A DNA stretch of 64,000 nt from positions 18,962 through 82,961 of the forward strand of contig JBJKYB010000002.1 of NCBI GenBank assembly GCA_045561235.1, given 5' to 3'. This document shows positions 33,174-45,994 of the stretch, in pieces; position 1 is the first letter of the stretch; every line of letters starts with the position of its first letter. This DNA is from Gammaproteobacteria bacterium. GTDB taxonomy: Bacteria; Pseudomonadota; Gammaproteobacteria; Poriferisulfidales; GCA-002705445. Both the position numbers and the translations under genes were made by a program. The notes below the pieces were generated by a model that worked only from the letters and a program-made list of their open reading frames with translations, made no database searches and was not told where the DNA came from.

Positions 33174-33197
33174 CACGAATAATTAGGGGATAAAAGC

Positions 33198-33530
33198 TTA
33201 ATTTAGCTTGATTTGAACGTCAACACCAGCAGCCAAATCTAACTTCATAAGCGCATCTACAGTCTTATCCGTAGGGTCTAAAATATCCATAATTCTCTTA
33301 TGAGTTCTGATTTCATACTGATCTCTAGCATCTTTATCTACATGCGGGGATACTAGAATTGTAAATCTCTCCATTTTAGTAGGTAAAGGTATTGGCCCTT
33401 TAACTCTTGCGCCTGTTCTTTTAGCGGTTTCTACTATTTCTACTGCAGATTGATCAATGAGCTTATGGTCAAAAGCTTTAAGCTTTATTCTAATATTTTG
33501 ATTTGCTGCACTGTCAGATTTCTTAACCAA
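33198..33530 (-). CDS. rpsJ: 30S ribosomal protein S10
   Basis: 110 aa; ...[16 protein letters not shown].. It starts 4 bp after the fusA stop and is separated from rplC by a 109-bp structured spacer. Confidence 0.95.
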   Translation of the reverse strand: MVKKSDSAANQNIRIKLKAFDHKLIDQSAVEIVETAKRTGARVKGPIPLPTKMERFTILVSPHVDKDARDQYEIRTHKRIMDILDPTDKTVDALMKLDLAAGVDVQIKLN

Positions 33531-33534
33531 TTTC

Positions 33535-35631
33535 TTATCCTGAATGTTTATTAATTATTTCGTCTGCAATATTTCTAGGTGCTTCCATATATTTAGAAAA
33601 CTCCATTGAATAAGTAGCTCTACCCTGGGTTGCTGATCTTAAATCAGTCGCATATCCAAACATCTCTTTAAGGGGAATTTCCCCTCTAATTACTTTACCA
33701 GCGGGGCTATCCTCCATTGCACCTATTATACCCCTTCTTCTATTTAAGTCACCAACAACATCACCCATGTAGTCTTCTGGGGTCACAACTTCAACCTTCA
33801 TAACTGGCTCTAGTAATGCAGGGCTAGCTTTCTTTGCGCCTTCTTTAAAACCCATTGAGCCTGCAATTTTAAAAGCCATTTCTGAAGAATCTACATCATG
33901 AAAAGTTCCGTCATATAATGTGACTTTAACATCTTCTACAGGGTAGCCTGCAATAACTCCATTTAACATTTGTTCTTGTATTCCCTTGTCAACAGCAGGA
34001 ATATATTCTCTTGGAATTGCTCCACCAACAATTTCATTTACAAACTCATATCCTTTTCCGGCTTCCTGAGGTTCAATTTTTAGATATACATGTCCATATT
34101 GACCTCTCCCACCACTTTGCCTAACAAATTTACTTTCTTGATCAACAGGCTTTCTAATACATTCTCTATAAGCTACTTGAGGAGCGCCTACGTTTGCTTC
34201 AACACTAAATTCTCTTTTCATTCTGTCAACAATAATTTCTAAATGTAATTCACCCATACCTGAGATAATTGTTTGTCCAGATTCTTCGTCTGTTTTTACT
34301 CTAAAAGAGGGGTCTTCTTGGGCTAATTTTTGAAGAGCTATGCCCATTTTTTCTTGGTCAGCTTTTGTTTTAGGTTCCACAGCAACAGCTATTACTGGTT
34401 CTGGAAATTCCATTCTTTCCAATGTAACTAACTTTGATGGATCACAAAGAGTATCGCCAGTGGTTACATCTTTTAGACCAACTGCAGCAGCAATATCGCC
34501 AGCTCTAACTTCTTTAATTTCCTCTCTAGAATTTGAGTGCATTTGAAGTATTCTTCCAACTCTTTCTTTTTTTCCTTTCGTAGAATTTGTTACTGCAGAT
34601 CCTGCAGATAAAACTCCTGAATAAACTCTAAAAAAAGTTAAAGTTCCAACAAAAGGATCTGTTGCGATCTTAAAAGCTAACGCAGAAAATCCTTCATCAT
34701 CAGAAGCTTTTTTTTCTATTTCTTCTTCGCTTTCATTTATGCCTTTAATCGCAGGAATATCAATTGGAGACGGAAGATATCTTATTACACCATCTAACAT
34801 TGCCTGAACTCCCTTATTTTTAAATGCAGACCCACATAATGCGGGAACAATCTCATTAGATAATGTTCTAATTCTTAAACCTTCATGAATTTCATTGGGA
34901 GTCAAGTCTCCATCATTAAGATATTTGTCCATTAATTTCTCATTTGCTTCTGCGGCTGCTTCAACCATTTCCTCTCTGTATTTATCACAAGTTTCTTTAA
35001 GTTCTTCAGGAATATCCTTTTCTTCATAAGTTGTTCCCATATCATTTTCATTCCAATAGATAGCTTTCATTTTAATAAGGTCTACAACTCCTTTAAAATT
35101 GTCTTCAGCGCCTATTGGAATTTGAATTGGTATAGCGTTTGAACCAAGTCTTTCTTTAATTTGATTAACTACTCTTAAAAAATCAGCTCCAGACCTATCC
35201 ATTTTGTTAACAAAAGCCATTCGTGGAACATTATACTTAGAAGCTTGCCTCCAAACCGTTTCTGATTGTGGCTCGACACCACCAACTGCACAAAAAACTG
35301 CGCAGGCACCATCTAAAACTTTTAAAGATCTTTCAACTTCGATCGTAAAATCAACATGCCCAGGGGTATCAATAATATTGATTCTGTGTTGGTCAAATGT
35401 TTTATCCATTCCTTGCCAAAAACAAGTTGTTGCAGCAGATGTAATTGTGATTCCTCTCTCCTGCTCTTGCTCCATCCAGTCCATTGTTGCTGCGCCATCG
35501 TGGACTTCGCCGATTTTATGGGAAAGGCCTGTATAAAATAACACACGTTCAGATGTGGTTGTTTTACCTGCATCAATATGTGCCATGATTCCTATATTAC
35601 GATATCTTTCTAAGGGAGTTTCTCTAGACAT
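33535..35631 (-). CDS. fusA: elongation factor G
   Basis: 698 aa; GTPase motifs [21 protein letters not shown]. Confidence 0.97.
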   Translation of the reverse strand: MSRETPLERYRNIGIMAHIDAGKTTTSERVLFYTGLSHKIGEVHDGAATMDWMEQEQERGITITSAATTCFWQGMDKTFDQHRINIIDTPGHVDFTIEVERSLKVLDGACAVFCAVGGVEPQSETVWRQASKYNVPRMAFVNKMDRSGADFLRVVNQIKERLGSNAIPIQIPIGAEDNFKGVVDLIKMKAIYWNENDMGTTYEEKDIPEELKETCDKYREEMVEAAAEANEKLMDKYLNDGDLTPNEIHEGLRIRTLSNEIVPALCGSAFKNKGVQAMLDGVIRYLPSPIDIPAIKGINESEEEIEKKASDDEGFSALAFKIATDPFVGTLTFFRVYSGVLSAGSAVTNSTKGKKERVGRILQMHSNSREEIKEVRAGDIAAAVGLKDVTTGDTLCDPSKLVTLERMEFPEPVIAVAVEPKTKADQEKMGIALQKLAQEDPSFRVKTDEESGQTIISGMGELHLEIIVDRMKREFSVEANVGAPQVAYRECIRKPVDQESKFVRQSGGRGQYGHVYLKIEPQEAGKGYEFVNEIVGGAIPREYIPAVDKGIQEQMLNGVIAGYPVEDVKVTLYDGTFHDVDSSEMAFKIAGSMGFKEGAKKASPALLEPVMKVEVVTPEDYMGDVVGDLNRRRGIIGAMEDSPAGKVIRGEIPLKEMFGYATDLRSATQGRATYSMEFSKYMEAPRNIADEIINKHSG

Positions 35632-35644
35632 TATTTTTCCTTAA

Positions 35645-36118
35645 CTACCACCTAAAATGAGAAAATGCTTTATTTGCTTCAGCCATCTTCAATGTATCTT
35701 CTCTTTTCTTCATTGCTGCACCTTTATTTTCAGACGCATCATAAATTTCTGCTGCAAGCTTTCTCATCATAGATTTTTCGTTTCTTTTTCTTGCCGAATC
35801 GATCAACCATCTCATAGCAAGTGTATTTTGTCTTGAAGACTTGACCTCAACGGGTACTTGGTATGTTGCTCCACCAACTCTTCTTGATTTCACTTCTACT
35901 TGTGGACGAACATTCTCTAGAGCTTTATTTAAAATTTGCAAACCATCTTTTGAATTAGTTTTTTTTGCTAGCTCATCTAGCGCTTCATAGATTATGTTTT
36001 CAGCTACAGACTTTTTACCATGCATCATTAAAGCATTAATAAATTTCGCTAACTGGATATCTCCATATTTTGGGTCAGGCAATATCTCTCTTTTTGGCAC
36101 TTCTCTTCTTCTAGACAT
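35645..36118 (-). CDS. rpsG: 30S ribosomal protein S7
   Basis: 157 aa. Confidence 0.95.
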   Translation of the reverse strand: MSRRREVPKREILPDPKYGDIQLAKFINALMMHGKKSVAENIIYEALDELAKKTNSKDGLQILNKALENVRPQVEVKSRRVGGATYQVPVEVKSSRQNTLAMRWLIDSARKRNEKSMMRKLAAEIYDASENKGAAMKKREDTLKMAEANKAFSHFRW

Positions 36119-36123
36119 AATTC

Positions 36124-36507
36124 TTATTTACTTTTTTGTTTACTTTTTTTTGAACCATATTTTGATCTACCTTGTTTTCTATTCTCTACACCTTGTGTGT
36201 CTAAGCTTCCACGCACAATGTGGTATCTTACTCCGGGCAAATCTTTAACACGCCCTCCTCTAAGTAATACTACAGAGTGTTCCTGGAGATTATGACCTTC
36301 TCCACCAATATAGCTTGTTACCTCAAAACCATTAGTTAATTTTACCCTAGCAACTTTTCTTAAAGCTGAATTCGGTTTCTTAGGAGTGGTGGTATAAACT
36401 CTTGTGCAAACTCCACGTTTTTGAGGACATGACTCTAGTGCAGGCACAGTACTTTTTGCCTTTTTAGTTTTCCTTGGTTTCCTAACTAATTGGTTAATTG
36501 TTGTCAT
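36124..36507 (-). CDS. rpsL: 30S ribosomal protein S12
   Basis: 127 aa; [12 protein letters not shown]. Confidence 0.95.
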   Translation of the reverse strand: MTTINQLVRKPRKTKKAKSTVPALESCPQKRGVCTRVYTTTPKKPNSALRKVARVKLTNGFEVTSYIGGEGHNLQEHSVVLLRGGRVKDLPGVRYHIVRGSLDTQGVENRKQGRSKYGSKKSKQKSK

Positions 36508-36540
36508 AATATATATATTCTAAAATTCATTTGCTTGCGG

Positions 36541-36569
36541 ATTGTAGGAATAGCTGGGCCTACTGTCAA
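36541..36569 (-). promoter_or_regulatory. sigma70-type promoter for rpsL-rpsG-fusA-rpsJ (str) operon
   Basis: Minus strand reads TTGACA-17 nt-TACAAT (-35 at 36564-36569, -10 at 36541-36546), beginning 4 nt after the rpoC stop and about 30 nt upstream of the rpsL ATG. Confidence 0.45.
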
Positions 36570-36572
36570 GGA

Positions 36573-39500
36573 TTATTCTATATTTGCACCTTTTTCATCT
36601 GAAACTACTTCTGACATTTCCTTTTGCATAATGTCTTCTTTTGATTCTGAAGCAACATCATCTAATGAAATATCATTTGAAATAGTTCCTCTCGATAATT
36701 TTCTTTCTTTGTGAAAATCTAACCCTGTACCGGCTGGTATAAGTCTTCCAACTACAACATTTTCTTTTAAACCTTTCAAACTATCACTTGCCCCTTTTAC
36801 AGCTGCTTCAGTTAATACTCGCGTTGTCTCTTGAAAAGATGCAGCAGATATAAATGATTCAGTAACTAACGATGCCTTTGTAATACCTAACAAAACAGGC
36901 TCGAATATAATTGGCTTTTTATTTTCTCCAAGTAGTTTTTTATTTTCCTCTAAGACATTTGATCTCTCTGCTTGTTCTCCAGATAGATAATCTGAATCAC
37001 CTGGTTTAAGGATTTCAACTTTTCTTAACATTTGCCTAACAATAACTTCAATATGTTTATCATTAATTTTTACGCCTTGTAACCTATATACATTTTGAAC
37101 TTCGGTTACTAAATAGTCGGCAAGTGCAGGAATACCAAGTAATCTTAGTATGTCGTGAGGTGTTAATTCTCCATCAACAACCACTTCGCCTTTCTCTATA
37201 CTTTCGCCTTCATAAATATTAATATTTCGATATTTCGGAATTAGTGTCTCAGTACTGTCACCATCTCCATTTGTAATTACTAACCTTAATTTTCCTTTTG
37301 TCTCTTTACCAAAGCTAACAACACCTGAAGATTCAGCTAATATTGCAGGTTCTTTTGGTTTTCTAGCTTCAAATAAATCTGCAACTCTTGGGAGTCCGCC
37401 AGTTATATCTTTTGTTTTAGTTACAGCTTGAGGAATTCTTGCAATAATGTCACCAGCTTCAACTTTATCTCCATCAGAAAGAGTAATAATAGCTCCATCA
37501 GGTAAATTATAATCTACATTTCCTTTTGAGTTTGAAAGCTGAATTATTGGCTTAATATCTTTTGCGCCTGTTCTATTTTTAGAATCTATTACAATTGTTG
37601 ATGTAAGACCGGTAATTTCGTCAGTTTTTTTGTTAACTGTAACTCCATCCTCAAAGTCAATAAGTTTTGCCTTACCCGCTTGTTCTGTGACTATTGGCCT
37701 TGTGTGTGGGTCCCAAGTTGCAATGGTTTGCCCAGGCTCAACCTTATCCCCCTCGCTTACACTTAATGTTGAACCATATGGAACTTTATAAAATTCTTTT
37801 TGCCTGCCATCTTCATCAACTACAGCAAGTTCAGCGGATCTTGTAATTGTTACATTTGTGCCGTCTTTTTTCTTAATAGTTTTAATCTTTTTGAATTTTA
37901 TTATTCCATTCGATTTAACCATAATGCTGTTCGTAGCAACTGAACCACTTGCCGCTCCACCAATATGAAAAGTTCTCATTGTTAATTGTGTTCCAGGCTC
38001 TCCAATTGATTGAGCTGCCATAACTCCTACTGATTCTCCAATATTTACAAGATGGCCTCTAGCGAGATCCCTACCGTAACACATTGAACAAACCCCATGC
38101 TTAAGTTCACAGGTAATTGCTGTTCTAACTTTTATCTCATCTATACCATTTACATCTAATTCTTGTGCAATCTTCTCATCAATAAGTGTTCCTGCTTTTA
38201 AAACATAATCTTTGTTAATTGGCGAGACTACATCATCAACAATCACTCTTCCCAACACTCTTTCAGAAAGCTGGACAGTTATATCTCCACCTTCAATAAT
38301 AGGTTTAATTAAAACACCTTCCTTTGTTCCGCAATCAACTTCTGAAACCACGAGATCTTGAGCGACATCTACTAACCTTCTAGTTAAGTATCCTGAATTA
38401 GCAGTTTTTAGAGCTGTATCTGCCAAACCCTTTCTTGCGCCATGTGTAGATATAAAATACTGTAATACATTTAATCCTTCTCGAAAGTTTGCTGTGATTG
38501 GGGTTTCTATTATTGAACCGTCAGGCTTTGCCATTAAACCTCTCATTCCAGCCAACTGTCTAATTTGAGCTGCAGAGCCTCTAGCACCAGAATCTGCCAT
38601 CATAAATATTGAGTTAAATGATGGTTGCTCAATCTCTTTACCATCAGAATTATTTTTTACATCCTTACCTAATTTATTCATCATAGCTTTGGCTACTTGA
38701 TCATTTGTTTTTGACCAAATATCTACAACTTTATTATATCTTTCGCCTCGAGTTACTAGTCCTGATTGATATTGCATTTCAATTTCTTTGACTTCAGATT
38801 CAGCCTCAGATAAGATTTTGCTTTTTGATTCAGGGATTATCATGTCATCTAAACAAAAAGAGACTCCTGATTTTGTAGCATACTCATATCCCATGTACAT
38901 CAATTGGTCTGCAAATATAACTGTCGCTTTTAAACCAAGGACTCTATAACAAGTATCAATAGCACTTGATATTGATTTTTTATCCATTGTTTTATTAACT
39001 AACTCAAAAGGTAATCCTTTCGGAAGAATTTTTGAAAATAATGCTCTACCAACAGTCGTTTCAATTCTTTTATTTACAATTTTATCTAAATTAGATTCAA
39101 CTAAATCCATCCTTACAGTGACTCTTGCATGAATATGCACATTTCCTGAATAATATGCTCGGGATACTTCATCAATATTTGAAAAAATCATACCCTCGCC
39201 TTGCACATTTATATCTTCCCTAGTTAAATAATATATTCCTAAAACTATATCTTGCGATGGGACAATAATTGGCTCACCATTAGCCGGGGATAAAATATTA
39301 TTTGTAGACATCATCAAGGATCTTGCTTCTAACTGAGCTTCTACAGACAAAGGCACATGAACCGCCATTTGATCTCCATCAAAGTCAGCATTAAATGCAG
39401 CACATACAAGAGGATGCAATTGTATAGCTTTTCCCTCAATTAGTATTGGCTCAAACGCTTGAATACCAAGTCTATGAAGAGTTGGCGCTCTATTCAACAA

Positions 39501-40763
39501 AACAGGATGCTCTCTAATAACCTCATCAAGAATATCCCAAACTTCAGCCCCCTCTTTTTCAACCAATTTCTTTGCAGCTTTTATAGTAGTTGCTAAACCT
39601 CTTGTATGAAGTTTACTAAATATAAATGGTTTAAATAATTCAAGTGCCATTTTTTTTGGTATTCCACATTGATGTAACATAAGGGTTGGGCCTGTTACAA
39701 TAACTGATCTTCCAGAGTAATCGACACGCTTTCCAAGTAAGTTTTGTCTAAATCTACCTTGTTTTCCTTTAATCAGTTCAGCTAAAGATTTTAAAGGTCT
39801 TTTATTGCTCCCTGTAATCGCTCTACCCCTTCTACCATTATCTAACAAAGCATCAACTGCTTCTTGAAGCATTCTTTTTTCATTTCTCACTATAATATCT
39901 GGAGCATTTAACTCTAATAATCTTCTTAGTCTATTATTTCTATTAATTACTCTTCTATATAAATCATTTAAATCTGACGTTGCAAATCTTCCGCCATCTA
40001 GAGGGACAAGAGGTCTTAAATCAGGTGGAAGAACAGGAAGTGCTCTCAAAATCATCCACTGAGGTTTGTTACCAGAACTAATAAAATACTCAACTAATTT
40101 TAATCTTTTTGTAAGTCTTTTTATTTTTGCTTCAGATTTTGTTGATGATAATTCTTCTCTTAATTTTTCTGTTTCTTGAGTTAAATCAAGATCGTCTAAC
40201 ATATCTAAAATTGCTTCTGCTCCCATTTTTGCTACGAACTCGTCACCATATTGTTCAATGGCTTCGTAATAGGTCTCATCAGAAAGTAACTGGCATTTTT
40301 CTAACTCAGTAAATCCTGGATCAATTACTACAAAAGCTTCGAAATATAAAATTCTCTCAATATCTCTTAATGTCATATCAAGCAGCAAACCAATTCTCGA
40401 TGGAAGTGATTTTAAAAACCATATGTGCGCTACAGGACATGCAAGCTCTATATGACCCATTCTCTCTCTTCTTACTTTTGTTAATGTAACCTCGACGCCA
40501 CATTTTTCACAAACAACACCTCTATGTTTTAGTCTTTTATATTTACCACATAAACATTCATAATCTTTAATAGGACCAAAAGTTTTTGCACAAAACAAAC
40601 CATCTCTTTCAGGTTTGAAAGTTCTATAATTAATAGTTTCAGGCTTCTTAACTTCTCCAAAGGACCATGACCTTATCATCTCTGGAGATGCTAGCCCCAC
40701 TTTAATTGCATCAAAGTCGTCGGTGTCTGTCTGTTGCTTAAAAAAACTTATTAAATCTTTCAT
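36573..40763 (-). CDS. rpoC: DNA-directed RNA polymerase subunit beta'
   Basis: 1396 aa; zinc finger CxxC..C..C and the catalytic NADFDGD motif. Confidence 0.98.
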   Translation of the reverse strand: MKDLISFFKQQTDTDDFDAIKVGLASPEMIRSWSFGEVKKPETINYRTFKPERDGLFCAKTFGPIKDYECLCGKYKRLKHRGVVCEKCGVEVTLTKVRRERMGHIELACPVAHIWFLKSLPSRIGLLLDMTLRDIERILYFEAFVVIDPGFTELEKCQLLSDETYYEAIEQYGDEFVAKMGAEAILDMLDDLDLTQETEKLREELSSTKSEAKIKRLTKRLKLVEYFISSGNKPQWMILRALPVLPPDLRPLVPLDGGRFATSDLNDLYRRVINRNNRLRRLLELNAPDIIVRNEKRMLQEAVDALLDNGRRGRAITGSNKRPLKSLAELIKGKQGRFRQNLLGKRVDYSGRSVIVTGPTLMLHQCGIPKKMALELFKPFIFSKLHTRGLATTIKAAKKLVEKEGAEVWDILDEVIREHPVLLNRAPTLHRLGIQAFEPILIEGKAIQLHPLVCAAFNADFDGDQMAVHVPLSVEAQLEARSLMMSTNNILSPANGEPIIVPSQDIVLGIYYLTREDINVQGEGMIFSNIDEVSRAYYSGNVHIHARVTVRMDLVESNLDKIVNKRIETTVGRALFSKILPKGLPFELVNKTMDKKSISSAIDTCYRVLGLKATVIFADQLMYMGYEYATKSGVSFCLDDMIIPESKSKILSEAESEVKEIEMQYQSGLVTRGERYNKVVDIWSKTNDQVAKAMMNKLGKDVKNNSDGKEIEQPSFNSIFMMADSGARGSAAQIRQLAGMRGLMAKPDGSIIETPITANFREGLNVLQYFISTHGARKGLADTALKTANSGYLTRRLVDVAQDLVVSEVDCGTKEGVLIKPIIEGGDITVQLSERVLGRVIVDDVVSPINKDYVLKAGTLIDEKIAQELDVNGIDEIKVRTAITCELKHGVCSMCYGRDLARGHLVNIGESVGVMAAQSIGEPGTQLTMRTFHIGGAASGSVATNSIMVKSNGIIKFKKIKTIKKKDGTNVTITRSAELAVVDEDGRQKEFYKVPYGSTLSVSEGDKVEPGQTIATWDPHTRPIVTEQAGKAKLIDFEDGVTVNKKTDEITGLTSTIVIDSKNRTGAKDIKPIIQLSNSKGNVDYNLPDGAIITLSDGDKVEAGDIIARIPQAVTKTKDITGGLPRVADLFEARKPKEPAILAESSGVVSFGKETKGKLRLVITNGDGDSTETLIPKYRNINIYEGESIEKGEVVVDGELTPHDILRLLGIPALADYLVTEVQNVYRLQGVKINDKHIEVIVRQMLRKVEILKPGDSDYLSGEQAERSNVLEENKKLLGENKKPIIFEPVLLGITKASLVTESFISAASFQETTRVLTEAAVKGASDSLKGLKENVVVGRLIPAGTGLDFHKERKLSRGTISNDISLDDVASESKEDIMQKEMSEVVSDEKGANIE

Positions 40764-43700
40764 TCGATTTCATCCTTTTCAAGTTCAATATTTATTCCCA
40801 ATGATTTAATTTCTTTCATCAATACATTAAAAGATTCTGGCATTCCAGCGTCAATGCTTTGTGAGTCATCTACAATATTTTTGTACATTTTATTTCTTCC
40901 GCTCACATCATCTGATTTAACTGTCAACATTTCTTGGAGAGTATATCCAGCTCCATACGCTTCTAGTGCCCAAACTTCCATTTCTCCAAATCTTTGTCCT
41001 CCAAATTGTGCTTTACCACCTAAAGGTTGTTGCGTTACCAAACTATATGGACCAGTGGATCTAGCATGCATCTTATCGTCAACGAGGTGATTTAACTTTA
41101 AAACATTCATATATCCTACTGTGGTTTCTCTATCAAAATATTCACCAGTTCTTCCATCTATTAATCTAGCTTGTCCTGATTCAGGCAAATCAGCTAGCTT
41201 TAGCATTTCTTTAATTTCACTTTCATGAGCTCCATCAAAAACTGGAGTTGCCATAGGAACTCCATTTCTCAAATTATTAGCAAGGTTTTTGATTTCATCG
41301 TCAGTAAAATTTTTTAGATTAGTTTTTTCACTAGCACCAACACTATAAACGGTCTCTAAAAAGGTCCTGATAGTTTTAACAGGTGTATCCGTATCAAGCA
41401 TTTTACCTATTTTAATTCCTAAGCCTTTCGCTGCCCATCCTAAATGTGTTTCTAAGACTTGACCAACATTCATTCTCGAAGGAACTCCCAAAGGATTTAA
41501 AACAACATCAACTGGAGTGCCATCCTCCATATGTGGCATATCTTCGACTGGTACTATCATGGATATAACGCCTTTATTTCCATGCCTACCAGCCATTTTG
41601 TCTCCAGGCTGAAGTCTTCTTTTGACAGCTAAATAAACTTTTATTATCTTTAAAACTCCAGGAAGTAGGTCCCCTCCAGCTGTAATCTTGGCTTCTTGCC
41701 TTTCTAACATCTCTTTTAAATTACTTTTTTGTTTATCTAATTGTTTCGATAATTTTTCTAACTTTATATTTATTTTTTCATCTCTTATTCTTATTTCTAA
41801 CCAATTACTTTTTTCAAGATTATTTAAATAATCTTCGGTAACTTTATCGCCCTTTTTAAGATTATTTGGACCGCCTTCAGAAACTTTATTTAAAATTAAA
41901 TTTTTTACTCTAAATAAAATATCGTCTTCATAAATTCTTAGCTGATCCGCAATATCTTTTTTTGCTAATTCAATTTGTTCTTCTTCAATATCAAGTGATC
42001 GCTGGTCTTTGTCAATACCATCGCGTGTATAAACTCTTACATCAATCACTGTTCCCTCAATGCCAGATGGTACTCTCAAAGAAGTATCTTTAACATCTGA
42101 AGCTTTTTCTCCAAATATTGCTCTTAATAATTTTTCTTCAGGAGAAAGTTGAGTTTCACCTTTCGGTGTAACTTTTCCAACAAGAATATCGTTTGGACTT
42201 ATTTCTGCTCCAACATAAACAATCCCAGATTCATCAAGTTTTCCTAACAAGCCTTCACTAACATTTGGAATATCAGCTGTGATTTCTTCTGCTCCGAGCT
42301 TTGTATCTCTAGTAATGCAAGTTAGCTCTTCTATATGTATTGTGGTGAATCTGTCTTCTTCTACAACTCTATCAGAAATTAATATAGAGTCCTCAAAATT
42401 GTAACCATTCCATGGCATGAATGCTATCAGCATATTTTGGCCAAGCGCAAGTTCACCCAGGTCTGTGGACGGGCCATCTGCCAAAACATCATTTTTTGCA
42501 ATTACATCACCTACTTTCACTAAAGGTCTTTGGTTGATACATGTATTTTGGTTTGATCTTGTATATTTTGTTAAGTTATAAATATCTACTCCAGCCTCAT
42601 CGGATGTAGTTTCAGTATCATTGACTCTTACAACTATTCTTCCAGCGTCAACACTATCAACTGTACCGCCCCTATTTGCAATTAATGCTGCATGAGAATC
42701 TTTTGCCACAGCTCTTTCCATACCAGTTCCTACTAAGGGCTTTTCAGCTATCAAGGTTGGCACTGCTTGTCTTTGCATATTTGACCCCATTAATGCCCTA
42801 TTAGCATCATCGTGTTCTAAAAATGGAATTATTGATGATGCAACTGAAACAATTTGCATTGGGGACACGTCTATATAATCAATTTTTTCAGGAGTAGACA
42901 TCATAAACTCGTTTAAATGCCTGCATGATACAAAATCATCTATAAACTTTCCTTTTTTATCCAGTTCTGCATTTGCTTGTGCAATAACGTATCTTGATTC
43001 GTCTATTGCAGATAAATACTCGATATCAGATGTAACTTTAGAGTTTACTACTTTTCTGTAAGGTGTTTCTAAAAAACCATATTTGTTTGTTCTTGAAAAC
43101 ACCGCCAAAGAGTTTATTAAGCCAATATTTGGACCTTCAGGAGTTTCTATAGGGCATACTCTTCCGTAGTGTGTTGGGTGAACATCCCTCACCTCAAATC
43201 CTGCTCTTTCTCTTGTCAAGCCTCCTGGGCCTAAGGCTGATATTCTTCGTTTATGAGTTATTTCAGATAAAGGATTATTTTGATCCATAAACTGCGACAA
43301 TTGGCTTGAGCCAAAGAATTCTTTGATTGCTGCCATAACAGGTTTTGCATTAATTAATTCCTGCGGCATTAAGCCTTCAGATTCAGCAATAGTAAGCCTT
43401 TCCTTTACTGCCCTCTCAACTCTTACTAAACCTACTCTATAAACATTTTCTATCATTTCGCCAACAGAGCGAACTCTTCTATTTCCTAAATGATCAATAT
43501 CATCAACAACTCCATTACCATTTCTAATATTAACAAGCTCTTTTATAACGTCTACAATATCATTTTTATTAAGTATACCTTCTGAACTATTTTCTTTGTC
43601 TAGACGGGCATTAAATTTCATTCTTCCTACCTCGGATAAATCATATCTGTCTTCAACGAAGAAAAGATTTGTAAAAAGATTTTGGGCAGCATCTTTAGTA

Positions 43701-44836
43701 GGTGGTTCGCCAGGCCTCATCATTTTATATATTTCTACCTGTGCTTCTAATTGATTTGTAGATGGATCGATCAATAGAGTATTGGATATATAAGGGCCAT
43801 TATCAATTTCATTTGTGAACAAAATTTGAAAACTTTCTAAATTAAGTTTTCTGATTTGATCAATATTTTCACTATCAATAGTAGTATTGAGAGGAACAAC
43901 TATTTCTCCAGTTTCATTATCTAAAATATCATGCCCAATAATTTTTCCATATAAATACTCCTCACTTATCGGAAGATATTCAATTTTAGCATCTTGTAAC
44001 ATTTTTACGTGTCGAGCATTAAAAATTTTTCCTTGTTGAATGATAACTTTATTTTTAATTTTTAGCTCATCAGTTGCAACTGTTCCTTTTAATCTCTCAG
44101 GAATTAATTTAAGCATGAATGAGTCTTTTTCAACTTTAATATCATCTTTTTCAAAGAACAAATCTATAATTTCTGTGGTTTCGTAACCTAAGGCTCTTAA
44201 AAGTATGGTTGCAGGAAGTTTTCTCTTTCTATCTATCCTAGCAAATAATGCATCTTTTGGGTCAAATTCAAAATCTAGCCATGAACCTCTGTATGGAATT
44301 ATCCTTGCAGAATATAATAATTTACCCGAAGAGTGCGTTTTACCTTTGTCGTGATCAAAGAAAACACCAGGAGATCTATGAAGCTGAGAAACTACTACCC
44401 TTTCAGTTCCATTAATTACAAAAGAACCTTTGTTCGTCATTAAAGGTATATCGCCCATAAAAACCTCTTGTTCTTTTATATCTTTCACTTTTTCAGGGTT
44501 ATCTCTTTCACAAATAACCAAACGCATTAAAACTTTTAGTGGTGCAGCATAAGTCAATCCTCTTAACTGACATTCTTGAACATTAAAAACTGGAGTACCC
44601 ACTGAATAATCTATATATTCTAATCTAACATGACCTGAGTGACTTACTATTGGGAAAACAGAGTGAAAAGCCTTATGTAAACCTGATAAGGATCTTACTT
44701 CATTATCTTCGCTTATGCTTAAAAACTCAGAGTATGAATCGGTCTGTATATCAAGCATTGGCGGTATATCAATAACTTGTTTTCTTTTACCAAAATTTTT
44801 TCTGATTCTCTTTTTTTCTGTATATGTGTATTCCAT
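40760..44836 (-). CDS. rpoB: DNA-directed RNA polymerase subunit beta
   Basis: 1358 aa; conserved rif cluster and catalytic regions; 4-bp overlap with rpoC. Confidence 0.98.
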   Translation of the reverse strand: MEYTYTEKKRIRKNFGKRKQVIDIPPMLDIQTDSYSEFLSISEDNEVRSLSGLHKAFHSVFPIVSHSGHVRLEYIDYSVGTPVFNVQECQLRGLTYAAPLKVLMRLVICERDNPEKVKDIKEQEVFMGDIPLMTNKGSFVINGTERVVVSQLHRSPGVFFDHDKGKTHSSGKLLYSARIIPYRGSWLDFEFDPKDALFARIDRKRKLPATILLRALGYETTEIIDLFFEKDDIKVEKDSFMLKLIPERLKGTVATDELKIKNKVIIQQGKIFNARHVKMLQDAKIEYLPISEEYLYGKIIGHDILDNETGEIVVPLNTTIDSENIDQIRKLNLESFQILFTNEIDNGPYISNTLLIDPSTNQLEAQVEIYKMMRPGEPPTKDAAQNLFTNLFFVEDRYDLSEVGRMKFNARLDKENSSEGILNKNDIVDVIKELVNIRNGNGVVDDIDHLGNRRVRSVGEMIENVYRVGLVRVERAVKERLTIAESEGLMPQELINAKPVMAAIKEFFGSSQLSQFMDQNNPLSEITHKRRISALGPGGLTRERAGFEVRDVHPTHYGRVCPIETPEGPNIGLINSLAVFSRTNKYGFLETPYRKVVNSKVTSDIEYLSAIDESRYVIAQANAELDKKGKFIDDFVSCRHLNEFMMSTPEKIDYIDVSPMQIVSVASSIIPFLEHDDANRALMGSNMQRQAVPTLIAEKPLVGTGMERAVAKDSHAALIANRGGTVDSVDAGRIVVRVNDTETTSDEAGVDIYNLTKYTRSNQNTCINQRPLVKVGDVIAKNDVLADGPSTDLGELALGQNMLIAFMPWNGYNFEDSILISDRVVEEDRFTTIHIEELTCITRDTKLGAEEITADIPNVSEGLLGKLDESGIVYVGAEISPNDILVGKVTPKGETQLSPEEKLLRAIFGEKASDVKDTSLRVPSGIEGTVIDVRVYTRDGIDKDQRSLDIEEEQIELAKKDIADQLRIYEDDILFRVKNLILNKVSEGGPNNLKKGDKVTEDYLNNLEKSNWLEIRIRDEKINIKLEKLSKQLDKQKSNLKEMLERQEAKITAGGDLLPGVLKIIKVYLAVKRRLQPGDKMAGRHGNKGVISMIVPVEDMPHMEDGTPVDVVLNPLGVPSRMNVGQVLETHLGWAAKGLGIKIGKMLDTDTPVKTIRTFLETVYSVGASEKTNLKNFTDDEIKNLANNLRNGVPMATPVFDGAHESEIKEMLKLADLPESGQARLIDGRTGEYFDRETTVGYMNVLKLNHLVDDKMHARSTGPYSLVTQQPLGGKAQFGGQRFGEMEVWALEAYGAGYTLQEMLTVKSDDVSGRNKMYKNIVDDSQSIDAGMPESFNVLMKEIKSLGINIELEKDEIE

Positions 44837-44860
44837 TTTTACCCTTAAGTATTAATATTA

Positions 44861-44900
44861 AAAAAAAACAAAAAACTACCAGTAACAAAAAGTTACTAGT
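44861..44900 (-). promoter_or_regulatory. rplL-rpoB intergenic attenuator (hairpin plus U-run)
   Basis: Minus-strand ACUAGUAAC-UUUUU-GUUACUGGU hairpin (8 of 9 positions paired) followed by AGUUUUUUGUUUUUUUUU, 25-40 nt upstream of the rpoB ATG. It is the analogue of the E. coli rplJL-rpoBC attenuator. Confidence 0.55.
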
Positions 44901-44929
44901 ATTTAATAAATAAATTTTATAAAAAAATT

Positions 44930-45316
44930 TTAACTGAGCTCAACTGTTGCTCCAGCTTCCTCTAATTGTTTTTTAGCATCGTCTGCTTCCTTTTTGGAAA
45001 CACCTTCTTTTACAGTTACAGGAGCTCCCTCAACCATATCTTTAGCATCCTTTAATCCTAGTCCAGTAACAGCCCTAACAACTTTAATTACCGCGACTTT
45101 ATTGGAACCAAAGCTACTCATTTTAATGGTAAACTCAGATTGTTCTTCTGCTGCATCTGCAGGAGCCGCTCCAGCTGGAGCAGCAGCAGGTGCTGCAGCT
45201 GCCACAGAAGCCGCCGAAACTCCAAACTTTTCTTCCATAGCTTCTACTAGCTCAACAACATCCATAACACTCATATTAGAAATTGATTCTAATATATCTT
45301 CTTTTGATACTGCCAT
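44930..45316 (-). CDS. rplL: 50S ribosomal protein L7/L12
   Basis: 128 aa with Ala-rich hinge; the antisense ORF 44994..45329 is an artefact of this GC/Ala-rich stretch. Confidence 0.95.
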   Translation of the reverse strand: MAVSKEDILESISNMSVMDVVELVEAMEEKFGVSAASVAAAAPAAAPAGAAPADAAEEQSEFTIKMSSFGSNKVAVIKVVRAVTGLGLKDAKDMVEGAPVTVKEGVSKKEADDAKKQLEEAGATVELS

Positions 45317-45352
45317 TTTTATCTCCTAAGTAAATACTTAAATAAATTTTTG

Positions 45353-45880
45353 TTAACTTTGTTCTAGCTTAATTTTATATGCTGAAAGTGTTCGTACTAA
45401 TTTAACATTTGGTGCAGCTAAAGTTTGTGTAAGTTTTTCTATTGGTAATTTCATAACAGCCATTAACATACTTATAGCCTGTTCTTTATTTGGTAGAGCA
45501 GCTATTTGACTTAATTTTTCAACATCAACTAACTCACCGTTTACTGCAACTACAACAGGTTTTAAAAGCTCATTATCTTTTTTAAAATCATTTACTAATT
45601 TAGCAGCTGAGCCCAGATCCTCTTTTGAAAATGCAAAGATTAATGGTCCTTTTAAAGAAGAATCCATGCATTCAAAATTTGTATCCTTTATTGCTATTCT
45701 AGCTAAACTATTCTTAACGACTTTAACATAAACTCCAAGATCTCTAGCATTATCCCTTAAGACCGAAAGCTCACTAACTGTTAATCCTCTATATTCTGCT
45801 GCTACAGCAGATTGAGCGGACGACGCAATTTCAGAAATTTCTTTAACAACGTCTTTTTTTTCACCAATGTTTAACGCCAC
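45353..45880 (-). CDS. rplJ: 50S ribosomal protein L10
   Basis: 175 aa; the first codon reads GTG at 45878-45880. Confidence 0.93.
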   Translation of the reverse strand: MALNIGEKKDVVKEISEIASSAQSAVAAEYRGLTVSELSVLRDNARDLGVYVKVVKNSLARIAIKDTNFECMDSSLKGPLIFAFSKEDLGSAAKLVNDFKKDNELLKPVVVAVNGELVDVEKLSQIAALPNKEQAISMLMAVMKLPIEKLTQTLAAPNVKLVRTLSAYKIKLEQS

Positions 45881-45994
45881 TTTATTACTCCAACTTGTGT
45901 ATACCTTTCAGTATATTTATCTACGTAGGCAATTAAGTATTTTCATACACCTACGGTCTTTGATAGTTGTTTTACTAAAACAACTTCACAAAGC
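45881..45994 (-). promoter_or_regulatory. rplJ 5' leader with stable stem-loops (candidate L10(L12)4 autoregulatory leader and/or internal promoter)
   Basis: 114-bp rplA-rplJ spacer. The minus strand contains a perfect 8-bp hairpin GUUGUUUU-AGU-AAAACAAC and a second 6-bp stem CGUAGG...CCUACG. It is the only long spacer inside the rplKAJL block. Confidence 0.4.

Noticed and set aside
33530-33535. Expected second tuf gene between fusA and rpsJ
   Set aside because: I looked for it because beta/gamma proteobacteria usually have fusA-tuf-rpsJ. fusA and rpsJ are only 4 bp apart, so it is absent here.
44994-45329. 111-aa Ala/Ser-rich plus-strand ORF
   Set aside because: It is the antisense frame of the Ala-rich hinge of rplL (L7/L12).
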